Program-made: the position numbers and the translations under genes
In this document: piece by piece, positions 9,077 to 18,308 of the stretch
How positions within the stretch are numbered: the first letter of the stretch is position 1
How the letters are laid out: the number at the start of each line of letters is the position of its first letter
The notes under the pieces: generated by a model
Told to the model about the DNA's origin: nothing
Seen by the model: only the letters and a program-made list of their open reading frames with translations
Database searches by the model: none
Assembly (NCBI GenBank): GCA_947313825.1
Contig: CAMZNJ010000012.1
Location: forward strand, 1 to 61,628
Source of the DNA: an uncultured Deferribacteraceae bacterium
Lineage (GTDB): Bacteria; Chrysiogenota; Deferribacteres; CAMZNJ01
Length of the DNA stretch: 61,628 bases
Reading direction: 5' to 3'

Positions 9077-10300
9077 ATGGGCACAACAAACCAACACTCA
9101 AAACTACCACAACTCATCGCAACAACCCTACTCGCCATGGCAATACTCACCACCTTCACAGTAACCCCCCTCCCACTAATCACAACCGCCCACGGTGCCA
9201 TTAGCGATCCCAACAGCGACGCCTCCATTCGTAGCCTCAAAAACCTTGAAAAACAGATAGCCGACGAACAGAAAGAGCTACAACGACTCGCTAGCAAAAA
9301 AACATCCACAGCAAAACAGGTTGCCGCACTGGAAAGCCGTGAACGCAACCTCAAAACCCTCCTTCGCAACGTCAACAACGACATCAACTGGCTCAACCAC
9401 CTCATCAACAAAAGCAACAAAAACCTCCAACAACTCGACGCCGAACTATCCCAAGCAAAACAAGACCTACTATTCGCCAACGCTGTACTCGTGGAAACTG
9501 TGATAAAATCACACGAATCCCCAATATTCCTTGGCGACGCAATCGATAGCTACCTCATGAGCTCCGAAACCAAATCCATTGTCGCCAACAACATCGATGC
9601 CAAAATCTCAATCATCAACGACAAACAAAACAAGGTCAAACAGGTTTTGCAAGAGAACGACAAACGAGTGGCTAGTATCAAACAGAAGAAATCCCGCTAC
9701 CAAAAAATTACCAAAGATATTGTTGCCTCACAACAGGAATACGCAAAACAGATATCACTGCTGTCCAAAGATGAACAAAGCAAAAAAGAGTACATTAATC
9801 AACTAAAACAAAGCCAAGAAATACTACTCGAAACCATTCGCCGAGGCACAAACAAAGAACTCATCACCAAATACGCCAACCCCTTTGCCGAACTATCCGA
9901 CTCCAACTTCATCGCCAACAAAGGTCGCTACCCCAAGCCTGTTAGTGGCAGTATCACCGAGCCCTTTGGCGAACGATACATCGAACAACTCAAAACAAGC
10001 ATAAAAAATAACGGCATAAAAATCGGCGTAACCAAAGACAGCAACGTTATTGTTATCGCTCGGGGGATAGTGGTTTACACCGACTATGTTCGCGGTATGG
10101 GCAACGTTGTCATTGTCCAACACTCCCAAAACTACTACACCGTTTACGCACACCTGGACAGGATTACAGTTGAGGCTGGAGATATTCTTGAAAAGAGTTC
10201 TGTTTTAGGGTATATTTTTGGTAGCGGTGATTCCACGTTTTTGCATTTTGAGTTACGACGTGGACAACGAGCACTAAACCCTGTCAGCTGGATAAAATAA
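9077..10300 (+). CDS. envC: Murein hydrolase activator EnvC-like protein (coiled coil plus degenerate LytM/M23 domain)
   Basis: Signal sequence, a long Q/K/L-rich coiled coil and a C-terminal LytM fold (GMGNVVIVQHSQNYYTVYAHL...FLHFELR). The catalytic HxxxD is replaced (NNGIKIG) and the first His of HxH is lost (FLH), as in non-catalytic EnvC. GGAGG RBS. Confidence 0.8.
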   Translation: MGTTNQHSKLPQLIATTLLAMAILTTFTVTPLPLITTAHGAISDPNSDASIRSLKNLEKQIADEQKELQRLASKKTSTAKQVAALESRERNLKTLLRNVNNDINWLNHLINKSNKNLQQLDAELSQAKQDLLFANAVLVETVIKSHESPIFLGDAIDSYLMSSETKSIVANNIDAKISIINDKQNKVKQVLQENDKRVASIKQKKSRYQKITKDIVASQQEYAKQISLLSKDEQSKKEYINQLKQSQEILLETIRRGTNKELITKYANPFAELSDSNFIANKGRYPKPVSGSITEPFGERYIEQLKTSIKNNGIKIGVTKDSNVIVIARGIVVYTDYVRGMGNVVIVQHSQNYYTVYAHLDRITVEAGDILEKSSVLGYIFGSGDSTFLHFELRRGQRALNPVSWIK

Positions 10301-10410
10301 TTTTTCACCATTATTTTTTTCAAAACAAGTTGCACAGCGTCATGTTTTAGTATAAATATGTTTCATACAACAGCGAAATACTTCACAAACGAACAGCCCT
10401 AGGGGGACTC

Positions 10411-11706
10411 ATGGTCAAACGATTATTTTTATTCTCAGTAAGCTTACTACTCATTGCCGTCAGCATTGTTACAATACAAAGCCAAGTATCATTCGCCAAA
10501 GATACCACTGGCAAGAATACTAACGACAACTTTGAATACATTGAGGAGTTTTCCAACGTCATTAGCCTACTCGAGGCATACTACGTTGACAATGTTAGCG
10601 AGTCCACCCTGCTCCAAGGTGCCATCAACGGTCTGTTCCTCTCCCTCGACCCCCACTCAGGCTACATGAATGCCTCCTCCTACAAGGAGTTCAAGGATGC
10701 CAGCACCGGTCGTTACTTCGGTGTCGGTCTTGTTATCTCCCGCGGAGAATCGTCCATCGTTGTTGTCTCCCCCATCAAAGGCTCTCCAGCGTTTAAAGCC
10801 GGTCTCAAAGCTGGCGACATCATCATCAAAATCGACAACACACTCACCAGTGGCGTTACAACCACTGAAGCAGCCAAAATGATACGCGGACCTATCAAAA
10901 CTAAGGTGCGTCTCACCATTGTACGCGACGGGGAGAAAGAGCCGTTAGTGTTTACACTTGTACGCGACGAAATTGTTCAAGAGATTGTTGAAAGCGAAAA
11001 ATACGGCAAAAACGTGGGGTACATCTCACTCTCAACGTTTAACGATCAGCAAGCATACGAAAAACTTGCCAAAGAGTTTGCACGTATGGATAAAAGTGGT
11101 GTTGATGGGTTCATTCTAGATCTACGCGGTAACGGTGGCGGATTCCTCGACGAAGCCATCAAAATCTCTAGCATATTCTTGCCCGCAAACAGCCTTGTTG
11201 TGTACACCGAAGGGCGTAACGGACAACGATCAAACTACACAACACGCCGTGTAAACTACTCTACCCAAAAACCAACCGTTGTCCTTGTGGATGAAGGGAG
11301 TGCTAGTGCTAGCGAAATTGTTGCAGGGGCACTGCAAGACCACAACCGTGCGTTGATTGTCGGGGGGGTAACCTTTGGGAAGGCAAGTGTGCAGACCCTG
11401 TTCCCACTAGACACAGGCTCAGCTGTACGACTCACCATCGCTCGATACTACACACCCGCCGGCAGATCCATTCAAGGCGTGGGTATCGCACCCGATGTGC
11501 CTGTTGCCAAGGGTACAATTCAGTACGAAAAACCTGCATTTATCCTCCGTGAGTCCGACCTATCCAACACTCTGGACTCCAACAGCACAGCACTGGATTC
11601 CGCCACAATCACTGACGCAAAAGTTGATTCCGACCTACAACTCGAAACAGCCATCAATATACTCAAAGGGATGATTATCTCCCAACAACGGATGGCAAAC
11701 AGGTAG
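10411..11706 (+). CDS. ctpA: Carboxyl-terminal processing protease (S41 family, PDZ domain)
   Basis: Signal peptide, a PDZ segment (GVGLVISRGESSIVVVSPIKGSPAFKAGLKAGDIIIKID) and an S41 catalytic region (LDLRGNGGG...VLVDEGSASASEIVAGALQD...GKASVQT). Confidence 0.88.
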   Translation: MVKRLFLFSVSLLLIAVSIVTIQSQVSFAKDTTGKNTNDNFEYIEEFSNVISLLEAYYVDNVSESTLLQGAINGLFLSLDPHSGYMNASSYKEFKDASTGRYFGVGLVISRGESSIVVVSPIKGSPAFKAGLKAGDIIIKIDNTLTSGVTTTEAAKMIRGPIKTKVRLTIVRDGEKEPLVFTLVRDEIVQEIVESEKYGKNVGYISLSTFNDQQAYEKLAKEFARMDKSGVDGFILDLRGNGGGFLDEAIKISSIFLPANSLVVYTEGRNGQRSNYTTRRVNYSTQKPTVVLVDEGSASASEIVAGALQDHNRALIVGGVTFGKASVQTLFPLDTGSAVRLTIARYYTPAGRSIQGVGIAPDVPVAKGTIQYEKPAFILRESDLSNTLDSNSTALDSATITDAKVDSDLQLETAINILKGMIISQQRMANR

Positions 11707-11767
11707 CAACCACACAGGACAACACACTAAACACTAACGATACCATGTCGACTAATACTAGATTGAG

Positions 11768-13306
11768 GTGCTGGTTATGCGTAGCAACAACAAAAATAAC
11801 TCAACTGAGGGCAAAAACACTACTTCACGCCCTGACCCCTCAGAGAACCTGTTCAACGCTGACGACCGCGAATACAGCACCTCAAATACCTCAACACACA
11901 CTACTAATGAAAAAGCGAAAGGACAATCGCAAACCCTAACTCGCATCATCTACACCACACTATTCGCACTATCCATCGTCGTAATCGTCCTGCTGTACCT
12001 ACAATACAAAACCTCCAAAGAGCTCGCCTCACTATCGCAAAACAGCAGCCTCATCTCACAAGTCCAACTCCTCGACTCCCCACCTGTTACCTCCAACATT
12101 ATCTTTCAGGCGGTCAAAGGTGTGCTCATGGATCTCGGCGGCAACAACAACGACATTGTCATCTCCAAACTAGACGCCAGCCAAACACCACCCGTTGTAT
12201 GGGTCGACATTACCCTCCGTGGGGGGAGCACCAACGGCGACACGGAAGAGGCGGAACTACGCCATACATTTATCACCAACGTGGAAACACTCCTACTCCC
12301 CACAGGCGTTACCATCGAAGACAAAGGGTTCCAGATAGACGTCCGTGGTCCCGAGTACACCATCATCCTGTTGCTCAAAAATAACACAGGCGGAATCGTG
12401 CCCCATGACAACACAGGAGACATTGGCGAATACAGCAACATCACCGACGATATCTTCACCGACGCCACACCCACAAACACCACCACAAACATCACGGCGA
12501 ACGAAGAACTCAGCACAGCCTACCAAGAGTTTGCTCAATCCCTCACGCCAGCTCCCCCTGCAGGTAAATCCCTCGTATTTGTCATCGACGACTGTGGCTA
12601 CAGCGACAACCTCACCACCCGCGTAACCAACATCAACCGGAACCTCACCGTCGCTGTTATCCCCTTTTTGCGTCATAGCGTTTCCTCTGCCGAGATTGCA
12701 CGCAACAATGGCAACCCCGTATTCCTACACCTCCCCATGGAGCCCTACCATAACGCCCCCATCATGAACGACCTACAAAACAGACTCCTAGTCAACATGA
12801 CGGCGGACGAATGGACACACCTTGCAACCATCTCTGCAGAAAATATCGGTGGCATCGACGGCATCGGTGGCATCGACGGCTTCAACAACCACGAAGGCTC
12901 ATACTTCACCGAAGGGGTCGATCGAATGAGCACCGTTTTGCAAGCAATGGCTCCTTTTACTAATCTGTTTCTGGACTCACGAACATCATCCAAATCCGTC
13001 GGCTACAGCACCTGCAAGGGTATCCAAGGCTACAACTGTGCGTCAAACAACTGGTATCTCGACAACAACAACGATTACGCCTACATCTTTAACCAAACCT
13101 TAGGGCTCACCAAATCCAAACGCAAGGATACGGTTGTTATTGCCCACTGTCGCCCCAAAACCGTGGACGCCCTCGAGCTTGCCATCCCCCTCCTTGTGGA
13201 GAATGGTTACAGCATGGGAACGGTTCCACTAGTGTCGAAGCCTGCAACCACGCTCCCTGACAGTGGCATGAGCAACAGCGATAACAACAACGATAACAGC
13301 AACTAG
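11768..13306 (+). CDS. Divergent polysaccharide deacetylase family protein (YibQ-like) with long N-terminal TM/low-complexity region
   Basis: The C-terminal half matches the YibQ family pattern (LVFVIDDCGYS, LTVAVIPF, VFLHLPMEP, FNNHEGSYFTE, LFLDSRTS). It sits downstream of envC, as in the E. coli envC-yibQ arrangement. Contains an 18-nt in-frame duplication (IGGIDG x2) at 12845-12880. Confidence 0.75.
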   Translation: MLVMRSNNKNNSTEGKNTTSRPDPSENLFNADDREYSTSNTSTHTTNEKAKGQSQTLTRIIYTTLFALSIVVIVLLYLQYKTSKELASLSQNSSLISQVQLLDSPPVTSNIIFQAVKGVLMDLGGNNNDIVISKLDASQTPPVVWVDITLRGGSTNGDTEEAELRHTFITNVETLLLPTGVTIEDKGFQIDVRGPEYTIILLLKNNTGGIVPHDNTGDIGEYSNITDDIFTDATPTNTTTNITANEELSTAYQEFAQSLTPAPPAGKSLVFVIDDCGYSDNLTTRVTNINRNLTVAVIPFLRHSVSSAEIARNNGNPVFLHLPMEPYHNAPIMNDLQNRLLVNMTADEWTHLATISAENIGGIDGIGGIDGFNNHEGSYFTEGVDRMSTVLQAMAPFTNLFLDSRTSSKSVGYSTCKGIQGYNCASNNWYLDNNNDYAYIFNQTLGLTKSKRKDTVVIAHCRPKTVDALELAIPLLVENGYSMGTVPLVSKPATTLPDSGMSNSDNNNDNSN

Positions 13307-13319
13307 GACGGATATATTT

Positions 13320-14402
13320 GTGTCAACAAAGCAGTACTACTTAGGGATAGAAACATCGTGCGATGATACCGCCTTTGCCCTCTACCGAAGCACAGGCAAC
13401 GCGGGCAACGCGGGCAACACAGGCAACGTGAGCAACGCGGGCAGCATCGTTGCCTCAGGCGTCATCTCACAAGATGCAATACACTCTCAATACGGCGGTG
13501 TTGTTCCTGAAATCGCCTCCCGCAACCATATTCTAAAGCTCCAGCCCCTCTTTGCTCGCATTATGGCTGATGCCGGCATTACTCCTGGCCAAATTGATGC
13601 TGTTGGTGTTACCAATGGTCCCGGTCTTGTTGGCTCTATTTTCGTGGGTTTGAGTTATGCCAAGGGTCTGAGCTACGCCCTCAACATCCCCCTCTACCCC
13701 ATCAACCACATTTTAGCCCACGCCATGGTTACCATGCTTGACAACCCTTCATTGCGTTTGCCTTTTTTGTCATTGGTAATATCTGGTGGTCATACCCATA
13801 TTTTTTATATTTCTGAGTCGTACGAAATGCACCTAATCAGTCGCACAATCGACGATGCCCTTGGTGAGGCGTTCGACAAGGTTGCCAAAGGTATGGGTGG
13901 TCCCTACCCCGGTGGTCCTTATCTGGAGAGCCTTGCCAACACCATCAACAGCACGCCATTAAAGTTTACTCCCCCCATGCGTGGCAATAAGGATTTTTCG
14001 TTCAGCGGCTTGAAAACGGCGTCCCTTCTTGCTTACCAAAAGAACGAGCACTCCTTCAGCAACATCGATGCCCACGTTGCTTTGGCGTTTCACCAATGTG
14101 CTACCGCTTCCCTCACAGAGAAGGTTACCCACGGCGTTAATCTTGCTCGTGCAACCTATGGTCATGTTTCTAGCATGGTTGTGTCTGGTGGTGTTGCTTG
14201 CAACCGTCGCATTATTCAAGCTCTGGACGATCATGGCAAAACACTCCATCTCCATGTCTTTTTCCCGTCCCCCTACCATTCCACCGACAACGGCGACATG
14301 ATAGCTTACACAACCTACCTAATGGATACCTCGAAGTGTGTAACACCCCTAATGGGTGGCGACGCCATGGAGCTCAACGCCTATTCTAGCCTCCCGTCGT
14401 AG
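13320..14402 (+). CDS. tsaD: tRNA N6-adenosine threonylcarbamoyltransferase TsaD
   Basis: LGIETSCDDTA N-terminus, GVTNGPGLVGSIFVG and SGGHTH motifs, and VSGGVACN near the C-terminus. GTG start. Carries a 9-nt tandem-repeat insertion (GNAGNAGNTGNVSNAG). Confidence 0.9.
   Translation: MSTKQYYLGIETSCDDTAFALYRSTGNAGNAGNTGNVSNAGSIVASGVISQDAIHSQYGGVVPEIASRNHILKLQPLFARIMADAGITPGQIDAVGVTNGPGLVGSIFVGLSYAKGLSYALNIPLYPINHILAHAMVTMLDNPSLRLPFLSLVISGGHTHIFYISESYEMHLISRTIDDALGEAFDKVAKGMGGPYPGGPYLESLANTINSTPLKFTPPMRGNKDFSFSGLKTASLLAYQKNEHSFSNIDAHVALAFHQCATASLTEKVTHGVNLARATYGHVSSMVVSGGVACNRRIIQALDDHGKTLHLHVFFPSPYHSTDNGDMIAYTTYLMDTSKCVTPLMGGDAMELNAYSSLPS
13395..13443. repeat. In-frame 9-nt tandem repeat (GGCAACGCG) inside tsaD, about 5 copies
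   Basis: Read directly from the sequence: GGCAACGCG GGCAACGCG GGCAACACA GGCAACGTG AGCAACGCG. Encodes GNAGNAGNTGNVSNAG. Confidence 0.9.
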
Positions 14403-14408
14403 GGTTGT

Positions 14409-15566
14409 GTGTTGCAACTTTCAAAACACTTTGGCGTACAAAAACAAAACAAAAACAAGTATGGATACGTAAATAAAATGAGTAACACGAACACGAACAC
14501 GAACACAAACTACTTCCACAACCTACTACAAAGCGACGACCTTGTTGCCGCCCCTTTAGCTGGCGTAACCAACCGTGCTTTCCGCAATATTATTCGCAAC
14601 TACCATTCAGGGTTAATGTTCACCGAGATGATATCCGTTGAGGGTCTTGTTCGCCAAATACAAAAAACCCTCCACTACCTCTCCATCGACGCAAGTGAAG
14701 GGGACGTCCATGTTCAATTATTTGGTATGAATCCTGAAAGCTTCTCTGGTGCCGTACATGTTTGTGAGGATGGCTCTGAGGGGGAACACATCAAAGGGTA
14801 CAACGTAAACATGGGGTGCCCAGCGAAAAAGGTTTACAAAAAAGGTGGCGGTGCAGGACTTTTACGCGACACCAACACAATTGCAAAAATATGCCAACAC
14901 ATGCGTAAATCCACCACCAAACCCATATCCATAAAAATACGATTAGGGTGGGACAACAATAACATGGTGTATCGTGAAATACTGAACATCGCCGAAAATG
15001 AAGGGGTAAACGCACTCATCGTACACGCTCGTACACGCAAACAAATGTTCACCGGCGAACCCGTATACAGTGCGTTGGAAGAGCTTGCCCAAGATGCCAA
15101 AAACGTCGCACTCATCGGCAACGGTAACGTCTTCGATAGGGCAAGCTACCTACAAATCAAAAATACGGGGGTACAAGGGGTAATGATAGGACGTGGGATG
15201 ATGAAAAAGCCGTGGATTTTCCAAGCCATTAAAGCCCATGAAAACCCCGACACATACCTCGCACCAAAGGAGATATACAACCTACTGCAATCACTGGCAC
15301 AACACGAAACCGAACTCGCAACACGACGAAACGATCCCCATGGATACAACTTGGCTCTCATCAAAAAATACGCCGTGTGGTTTAGCAAAGGGCTAGCAAA
15401 CTCAGCCGAATTCCGTGGCAAGGTGTACGCGAAAATGTCTCCCGTGGAGAAAGCACTCGCAGCACGAGGGGGAACGCTAACACAGTCGTACCACGGCACA
15501 CCACAGTATGAGCAGGAAAAGGAGCAGTTTTGGCGTACCATGGACTACTACTTCAACGCCAATTAA
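14409..15566 (+). CDS. dus: tRNA-dihydrouridine synthase (Dus family)
   Basis: APLAGVTNRAFR, VNMGCPAKKV (catalytic Cys) and IVHARTR motifs. The start is uncertain: GTG at 14409 or ATG at 14479. The latter is followed by an (AACACG)n hexamer repeat encoding NTNTNTNTN. Confidence 0.85.
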   Translation: MLQLSKHFGVQKQNKNKYGYVNKMSNTNTNTNTNYFHNLLQSDDLVAAPLAGVTNRAFRNIIRNYHSGLMFTEMISVEGLVRQIQKTLHYLSIDASEGDVHVQLFGMNPESFSGAVHVCEDGSEGEHIKGYNVNMGCPAKKVYKKGGGAGLLRDTNTIAKICQHMRKSTTKPISIKIRLGWDNNNMVYREILNIAENEGVNALIVHARTRKQMFTGEPVYSALEELAQDAKNVALIGNGNVFDRASYLQIKNTGVQGVMIGRGMMKKPWIFQAIKAHENPDTYLAPKEIYNLLQSLAQHETELATRRNDPHGYNLALIKKYAVWFSKGLANSAEFRGKVYAKMSPVEKALAARGGTLTQSYHGTPQYEQEKEQFWRTMDYYFNAN

Positions 15567-15570
15567 TCAA

Positions 15571-15833
15571 CGTGCACCGCAACACCGCAACAACGCAACA
15601 CCGTGCACCGCAACACCGTGCACCGCAACACCGTGCACCGCAACACCGTGCACCGCAACAACGTGCAACGCAACACCGTGCACCGCAACAACGTGGCACC
15701 GCAACACCGTGCACCGCAACACCGTGGCAACGCAACACCGTGCACCGCAACAACGCAACAACGTGGCACCGCAACAACGCAACAACGTGGCACCGCAACA
15801 CCGTGCACCGTTGCAACGTTGCACCGTGGCACC
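15571..15833. repeat. Intergenic 15-nt minisatellite (GCACCGCAACACCGT and variants), about 17 copies
   Basis: Fills the whole convergent spacer from 5 nt after the dus stop (15566) to the base before the arcC stop (15834). A+C-rich on the + strand and open in all six frames. Confidence 0.92.
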
Positions 15834-16799
15834 CTAGCTCACAATATGCGTACCCGTCTCACCCCTCAACGCTTCATTGACCTTGCTTAGGGAGGTGATT
15901 AGTGCCTTGCGACCCTTTTTCGACTGCACAAACGCTGCACATGCCTCCACTTTTGGCAACATGGATCCTTTGGCGAAATGTCCTTGGGCAGTATACTCTT
16001 CTACTTCCTGCAATGTGAGGGTATTGAGCCATTTTTGGTTCTCCTTGCCGAAGTTGAGTGCTACTTTTTCCACCTCAGTAAGTATAACCAGTGTGTGTGC
16101 GTCTATGTTTTCCGCCAGTTTTGCCGACGCAAAATCTTTATCGATAACAGCTTCTACGCCGTCAAGGGTGGTGCCTTTTTTTACCACAGGCACGCCTCCC
16201 CCTCCAACGGCAATGACAGTTATGTTTTCGTCGAGCAGTGCTTTGATTGTGGCAAGCTCCACAATCTCCAGAGGCTTGGGGGATGCTATGACCCTGCGAA
16301 ACCCGCGACCGCTATCCTCCTTCATAACATACCCTTCGCTCCTTTCCAGTGCTTCTGCTTCAGATTTTGTGTAAAAAGGACCGATGGGTTTGGTAGGGTT
16401 GTTGAATGCCTCATCGTGGGGGTTCACCACCACCTGCGTAATCAATGAGCTCACTTCAGCTGCCATGGAGCGACGATTCAGCTCCCCCTTGAGTGCCTGT
16501 TGAATATGATAACCGAGCATACCCTGACTCATGGCACCACACACATCGAAAGGCATGGGTGGCGTAATCTCTTTGGCAGCCTCATTTTGCAACCCGATAC
16601 GCCCCACTTGAGGACCGTTGCCATGGGTAACCACAACCTTCATCCCCGCGGAAATCAATTCGGCAATATGCGTCATGGATGCTTCAATAACTTTCTTCTG
16701 ATTGTCAGCTGTGGGGGACGAACTATCCTCCAGTGCGTTACCCCCTAGGGCAACCACCACTGTTTGTGCAGTATTTTTCGACTGTTTTCCCATCTTCAT
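15834..16799 (-). CDS. arcC: Carbamate kinase
   Basis: 321 aa. VVVALGGNAL, VVTHGNGPQVG and VIAVGGGGVPV motifs. AAGGAG RBS. Last gene of an arcA-arcB-carrier-arcC cluster. Confidence 0.92.
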   Translation of the reverse strand: MKMGKQSKNTAQTVVVALGGNALEDSSSPTADNQKKVIEASMTHIAELISAGMKVVVTHGNGPQVGRIGLQNEAAKEITPPMPFDVCGAMSQGMLGYHIQQALKGELNRRSMAAEVSSLITQVVVNPHDEAFNNPTKPIGPFYTKSEAEALERSEGYVMKEDSGRGFRRVIASPKPLEIVELATIKALLDENITVIAVGGGGVPVVKKGTTLDGVEAVIDKDFASAKLAENIDAHTLVILTEVEKVALNFGKENQKWLNTLTLQEVEEYTAQGHFAKGSMLPKVEACAAFVQSKKGRKALITSLSKVNEALRGETGTHIVS

Positions 16800-16815
16800 A
16801 ACTAAATCTCCTTAC

Positions 16816-16850
16816 AAAAAGGGGGGGGACTGCCGCAGCTCGCCCCCCCC
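16816..16850 (-). terminator. Poly-G/poly-C hairpin plus T5, intra-operon terminator/attenuator between the carrier gene and arcC
   Basis: On the minus strand, GGGGGGGG-CGAGCTGCGGCAGT-CCCCCCCC is followed by TTTTT and then directly by the arcC AAGGAG RBS. Confidence 0.65.
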
Positions 16851-16867
16851 TCGCAAACACCTATTCA

Positions 16868-18256
16868 CTACAGAGCAAACATCACCACAACAAGGGCTAT
16901 GGTAATGTTTATCAATACCAGTGGGTAAATAAATTTTACCCAGTTTATCCAGCTAACCCGTGCCATGGCAAGAGCGGCGATGAGCACACCACTTGTTGGC
17001 GTAATCAGGTTGACCGCACCGGATGCTGATTGGTAAACCGTTACAATAAGCGATCTTGGCACGTCGAATAGATCGCCCAACGGTGCCATGATGGTCATTG
17101 TGAGGGCAGCGTGCCCAGATGACGACGGCACCAAGAAGGCAATACCCAGCTGAACCGCCTGATTTAGCACGATGAACGCATAAGTGGACAACCCCGACAA
17201 GAACTCCGCCGTACCGTTTAGGATGGTGTCCATAATAACACCATCTTGGGCAATCAAAACAATACCCCTAGCCAAACCGATAACGAGGGCTGCCGAAAGC
17301 AGATCCTGAGCACCTGTGATAAATGCATTCCAGAAAACTTCGTCCTTCATGCGACTAACAAGCCCGCTCAACATGGCAACAACCAAAAAGAGCATGGTTA
17401 TTTCCTGCATCCACCAACCCAAAACAATAATACTGTAGATCATGAAACCGATCATGGACGCAAACATTAGCAGTATTATCTTGTGGGATGCCAAAAACTC
17501 ACCCTGAGAAGCCTCACCCTGAGTAGTTTCATCCTGCTGCTGATTAAGGAAGTGCTCCCGATGCTCCTCCAAGGAGTCAGCAACAATGGATCGACTCGGA
17601 TCTTTCTTGACCTTCGCCGCGTAACGCATAACATACAGTATGGACACGGTTGTTACCAATACGTAAATAACAAGGCGGTGGTTCAAACCGTCGGCTAAAT
17701 CTACGCCCGCAATGGCAGAGGCGATACCCGTGGCAAATGGATTGACCGTCGAGCCAAGAACACCGGCACCCGCTCCGATAAAAATCACCGATACCCCAAC
17801 AATAGCGTCGTATCGTAAGGCTATCATGAGGGGTATCATCATCAAGTAAAACGGTAGCGTTTCTTCGTACATCCCCGTCGTTGTGCCCCCAATGGAGAAC
17901 AGTATCATCAGGATGGGTATTACGAGTTTGTCGTTTTTGCCCAACTTGCGAATAGCCTGACGCAAACCGCTATCGATGGCACCTGTTTTCAGGATAACAC
18001 CGTAAGCCCCCCCCACAATCAGCACAAACGCGATTATTTCAGCAGAATCGATGATACCCTTGGCAAAAGCGGTAAAAACACTCATGAAGCCTTGCGGGTT
18101 GGAGTCAACAATGTGGTAGGATCCGGGGATAACTAGCTCACGCCCTACCCCTTCGTCGAAAGCGGTATCGAACTGCCCAGCAGGTAACACCCAAGTTAGC
18201 ACTGCAAAGATAACAATTAGTCCAAAAATGATAGTAAATGTATGTGGTACTCTCAT
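16868..18256 (-). CDS. YfcC/DcuC-superfamily anaerobic carrier, candidate ArcE-type arginine/ornithine exchanger
   Basis: 462-aa polytopic protein that aligns by eye with E. coli YfcC along its length (TFTIIFGLIVIFAVLTWVLPAGQFD; GGAYGVILKTGAIDSGL; SSGHAALTMTIMAPLGDL; ITPTSGVLIAALAMARV). Embedded between arcB and arcC. Confidence 0.85.
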   Translation of the reverse strand: MRVPHTFTIIFGLIVIFAVLTWVLPAGQFDTAFDEGVGRELVIPGSYHIVDSNPQGFMSVFTAFAKGIIDSAEIIAFVLIVGGAYGVILKTGAIDSGLRQAIRKLGKNDKLVIPILMILFSIGGTTTGMYEETLPFYLMMIPLMIALRYDAIVGVSVIFIGAGAGVLGSTVNPFATGIASAIAGVDLADGLNHRLVIYVLVTTVSILYVMRYAAKVKKDPSRSIVADSLEEHREHFLNQQQDETTQGEASQGEFLASHKIILLMFASMIGFMIYSIIVLGWWMQEITMLFLVVAMLSGLVSRMKDEVFWNAFITGAQDLLSAALVIGLARGIVLIAQDGVIMDTILNGTAEFLSGLSTYAFIVLNQAVQLGIAFLVPSSSGHAALTMTIMAPLGDLFDVPRSLIVTVYQSASGAVNLITPTSGVLIAALAMARVSWINWVKFIYPLVLINITIALVVVMFAL

Positions 18257-18308
18257 TAGTCTCTCCTTATGATATTCGTCTTGTTTCGGATGTGTTTATT
18301 TGTGTTTA

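Noticed and set aside
9019-9480. 153-aa ORF antisense to envC
   Set aside because: Low-complexity S/L/R-rich product mirroring the coiled-coil codons of envC. It overlaps the ftsX end and the envC start.
15571-15833. Possible CRISPR array (also considered for 48550-48871 and 61322-61509)
   Set aside because: The units are directly abutting, with no unique 25-40-nt spacers between conserved repeats. The units are too short (8-15 nt) or degenerate. No cas genes are present in the window.
15508-15890. Six overlapping ORFs (85-116 aa) on both strands across the 15-nt minisatellite
   Set aside because: They exist only because the repeat unit is stop-free in all frames. Their products are pure repeats (CTATP, HRNTV, RCCGA). 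They have no RBS and overlap one another, so they are not genes.
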